IMG/VR virus record: IMGVR_UViG_2778261391_000006
Location: 1-16,991 of that record
Length of the DNA stretch: 16,991 bases
Direction: 5' to 3' (one strand)
DNA from: a virus
Taxonomy: Duplodnaviria > Heunggongvirae > Uroviricota > Caudoviricetes
Shown here: in pieces, positions 15,798 through 16,991 of the stretch
How the letters are laid out: each line of letters opens with the position of its first letter
Position numbering within the stretch: position 1 is the stretch's first letter
The notes under the pieces: model-generated
What the model saw: only the letters and a program-made list of their open reading frames with translations
What the model was told of the DNA's origin: nothing
The model's database searches: none
Translations under genes and position numbers: made by a program

Positions 15798-16991
15798 TTA
15801 TTTGTTTTTTGAAATGAAACTACCCCACCAATTCATAAGCTCTTTTCTTTGTTCCAAGTAGGTTGTTCGATTATATGCTCTTCTAACCTCATTTTTATCA
15901 CAATGGGAAAGTGCTGCTTCGATAATATCTGGATTTATACCAGCTTCATTCATTGCTGTACTTGCTATCGAACGCAGTCCGTGTGCAACCAACTTACCAC
16001 CATAACCGATGCGCTTTAAGGCTGCATTTGCCGTCTGACTGTTCATTGGTTGATTGGGGTTATTCCTGCTAGGAAAAATATATTCTCGATGTGAACTGAT
16101 TGGCTTCATAATTTCAAGAATATCTAATGTCTGAAGTGATAATGGAACAATATGTTCCCGCTTTGCCTTCATTCTATTGGCTGGTATTATCCATAGTTTA
16201 GCTTCGAAATCGATCTCTATCCACTTTGCATTGGAAGCTTCTGCAGGGCGTACAAGTGTTAAGAGTTGCCATTCAATCAAACAACGAGTTGGAATAGATA
16301 AATTAGACATTGTTATTGAACGCATGAGTTTCGGTAATTCTTCAGGTCTAAGCGTTGGCATGTGCTGTTTTTTAGGTTTTTCAAATGCCATACCAATGCC
16401 TGAAGCAGGGTTAGCATCTATCAGACCAGTATTAACAGCATAAATCATAATTTCATTAATACGTTGTACTAAACGACGAACAGTCTCAAGTGCCCCACGA
16501 GCTTTAATTGGCTCTAGGGCTTCAATTAATGTGCGGGCTTTTATTTCCTGAACAGGAATCTCACCGATAGCAGGGAAAATGTCCCTCTCTAAGGATCGCC
16601 ATATATCCTTTGCATAATCAGGTGTGACGTTATTGCTTTTTATGGCAAACCAATTTGTGGCAACTTTTGAAAAAATACTATCAATCGCAATCTGTTGATG
16701 TTCTGAGACTTGCTTACTGTATGTTTGTGGATCAATACCCCGGGCTAATAAGGAAAGATACTCAGCACGCACGTTTCTGGCCTCAGCCAGAGATAGGGCG
16801 GGGAACGTTCCTAAACTAATCATGGTTCTCTGTTTTGATACAGGCTTCTGGTATCGGAAACGCCACAACTTCCTTCCGTTCGTTTTTATGAGTAGAAAAA
16901 GCCCATCACCATCATGTAGCGTTAGATCCTTTTCAGTTGCTTTAGCACGTGATAGTTCAGTGTTAGTAAGAGGGCGTGTTGTACGTGCCAC
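15798..16991 (-). CDS. int: P4-family tyrosine integrase (second copy, distinct sequence); 5' end at or just beyond the window edge
   Basis: Same architecture as the first integrase (LTNTELSRAKATEKD...DGDGLFLLI...WRFRY; HxxR LVAHGLRSIA; Tyr motif RRAYNRTTYL) but clearly diverged. The frame is open to the window end, so the true start may lie outside. Confidence 0.9.
   Translation of the reverse strand: MARTTRPLTNTELSRAKATEKDLTLHDGDGLFLLIKTNGRKLWRFRYQKPVSKQRTMISLGTFPALSLAEARNVRAEYLSLLARGIDPQTYSKQVSEHQQIAIDSIFSKVATNWFAIKSNNVTPDYAKDIWRSLERDIFPAIGEIPVQEIKARTLIEALEPIKARGALETVRRLVQRINEIMIYAVNTGLIDANPASGIGMAFEKPKKQHMPTLRPEELPKLMRSITMSNLSIPTRCLIEWQLLTLVRPAEASNAKWIEIDFEAKLWIIPANRMKAKREHIVPLSLQTLDILEIMKPISSHREYIFPSRNNPNQPMNSQTANAALKRIGYGGKLVAHGLRSIASTAMNEAGINPDIIEAALSHCDKNEVRRAYNRTTYLEQRKELMNWWGSFISKNK

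Larger units (their letters stand above)
5391..16991. mobile_element. P4-type phage satellite (phage-inducible chromosomal island) with SIR2-HerA cargo in the cos-proximal hotspot; right end not in window
   Basis: Full P4 gene order and signature sites: candidate att core, crr, alpha, orf106/orf151-like, epsilon, immunity region, vis, ori, sid-delta-psu, cos, cargo, int. Protein lengths match P4. Confidence 0.8.

Noticed and set aside
16177-16443. 88-aa plus-strand ORF inside the right integrase
   Set aside because: Antisense to a well-supported integrase; no RBS.

Overview
The window is a mosaic built around a complete P4-type phage-satellite core (about 5.4-12.9 kb, GC-rich). Reading left to right the core holds: the crr iteron repeats; the alpha primase-helicase (777 aa); orf106- and orf151-sized ORFs; epsilon; an immunity/leader region with a sigma70-like early promoter; vis (AlpA-like, 88 aa); a six-iteron origin between two divergent late promoters carrying TGT-N12-ACA dyads; sid (244 aa), delta (166 aa) and psu (190 aa); and an exact P2/P4-type 19-nt cos sequence. 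Just beyond cos lies an AT-rich operon encoding a SIR2-family protein and a HerA-like ATPase, which is the already described SIR2-HerA (Nezha) anti-phage system. It is transcribed directly downstream of a P4-family integrase that runs off the right edge. The left 5.3 kb is a second AT-rich integrase-associated cargo module: another, clearly different P4-family integrase, a small multi-pass membrane protein and, convergent to them, a tightly coupled gene pair. That pair encodes a cytoplasmic histidine-kinase-like protein (H-box plus GHKL ATPase) and a receiver-domain protein fused to a roughly 430-aa domain I cannot assign. It sits in the same integrase-proximal position as the SIR2-HerA operon and is my best candidate for an undescribed, Detocs-like phosphorelay defence system; the kinase reading frame contains an in-frame TAA, so it may be inactivated. 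All calls come from reading the sequence and ORF translations against remembered P4 architecture and motifs; no database search or structure prediction was possible.
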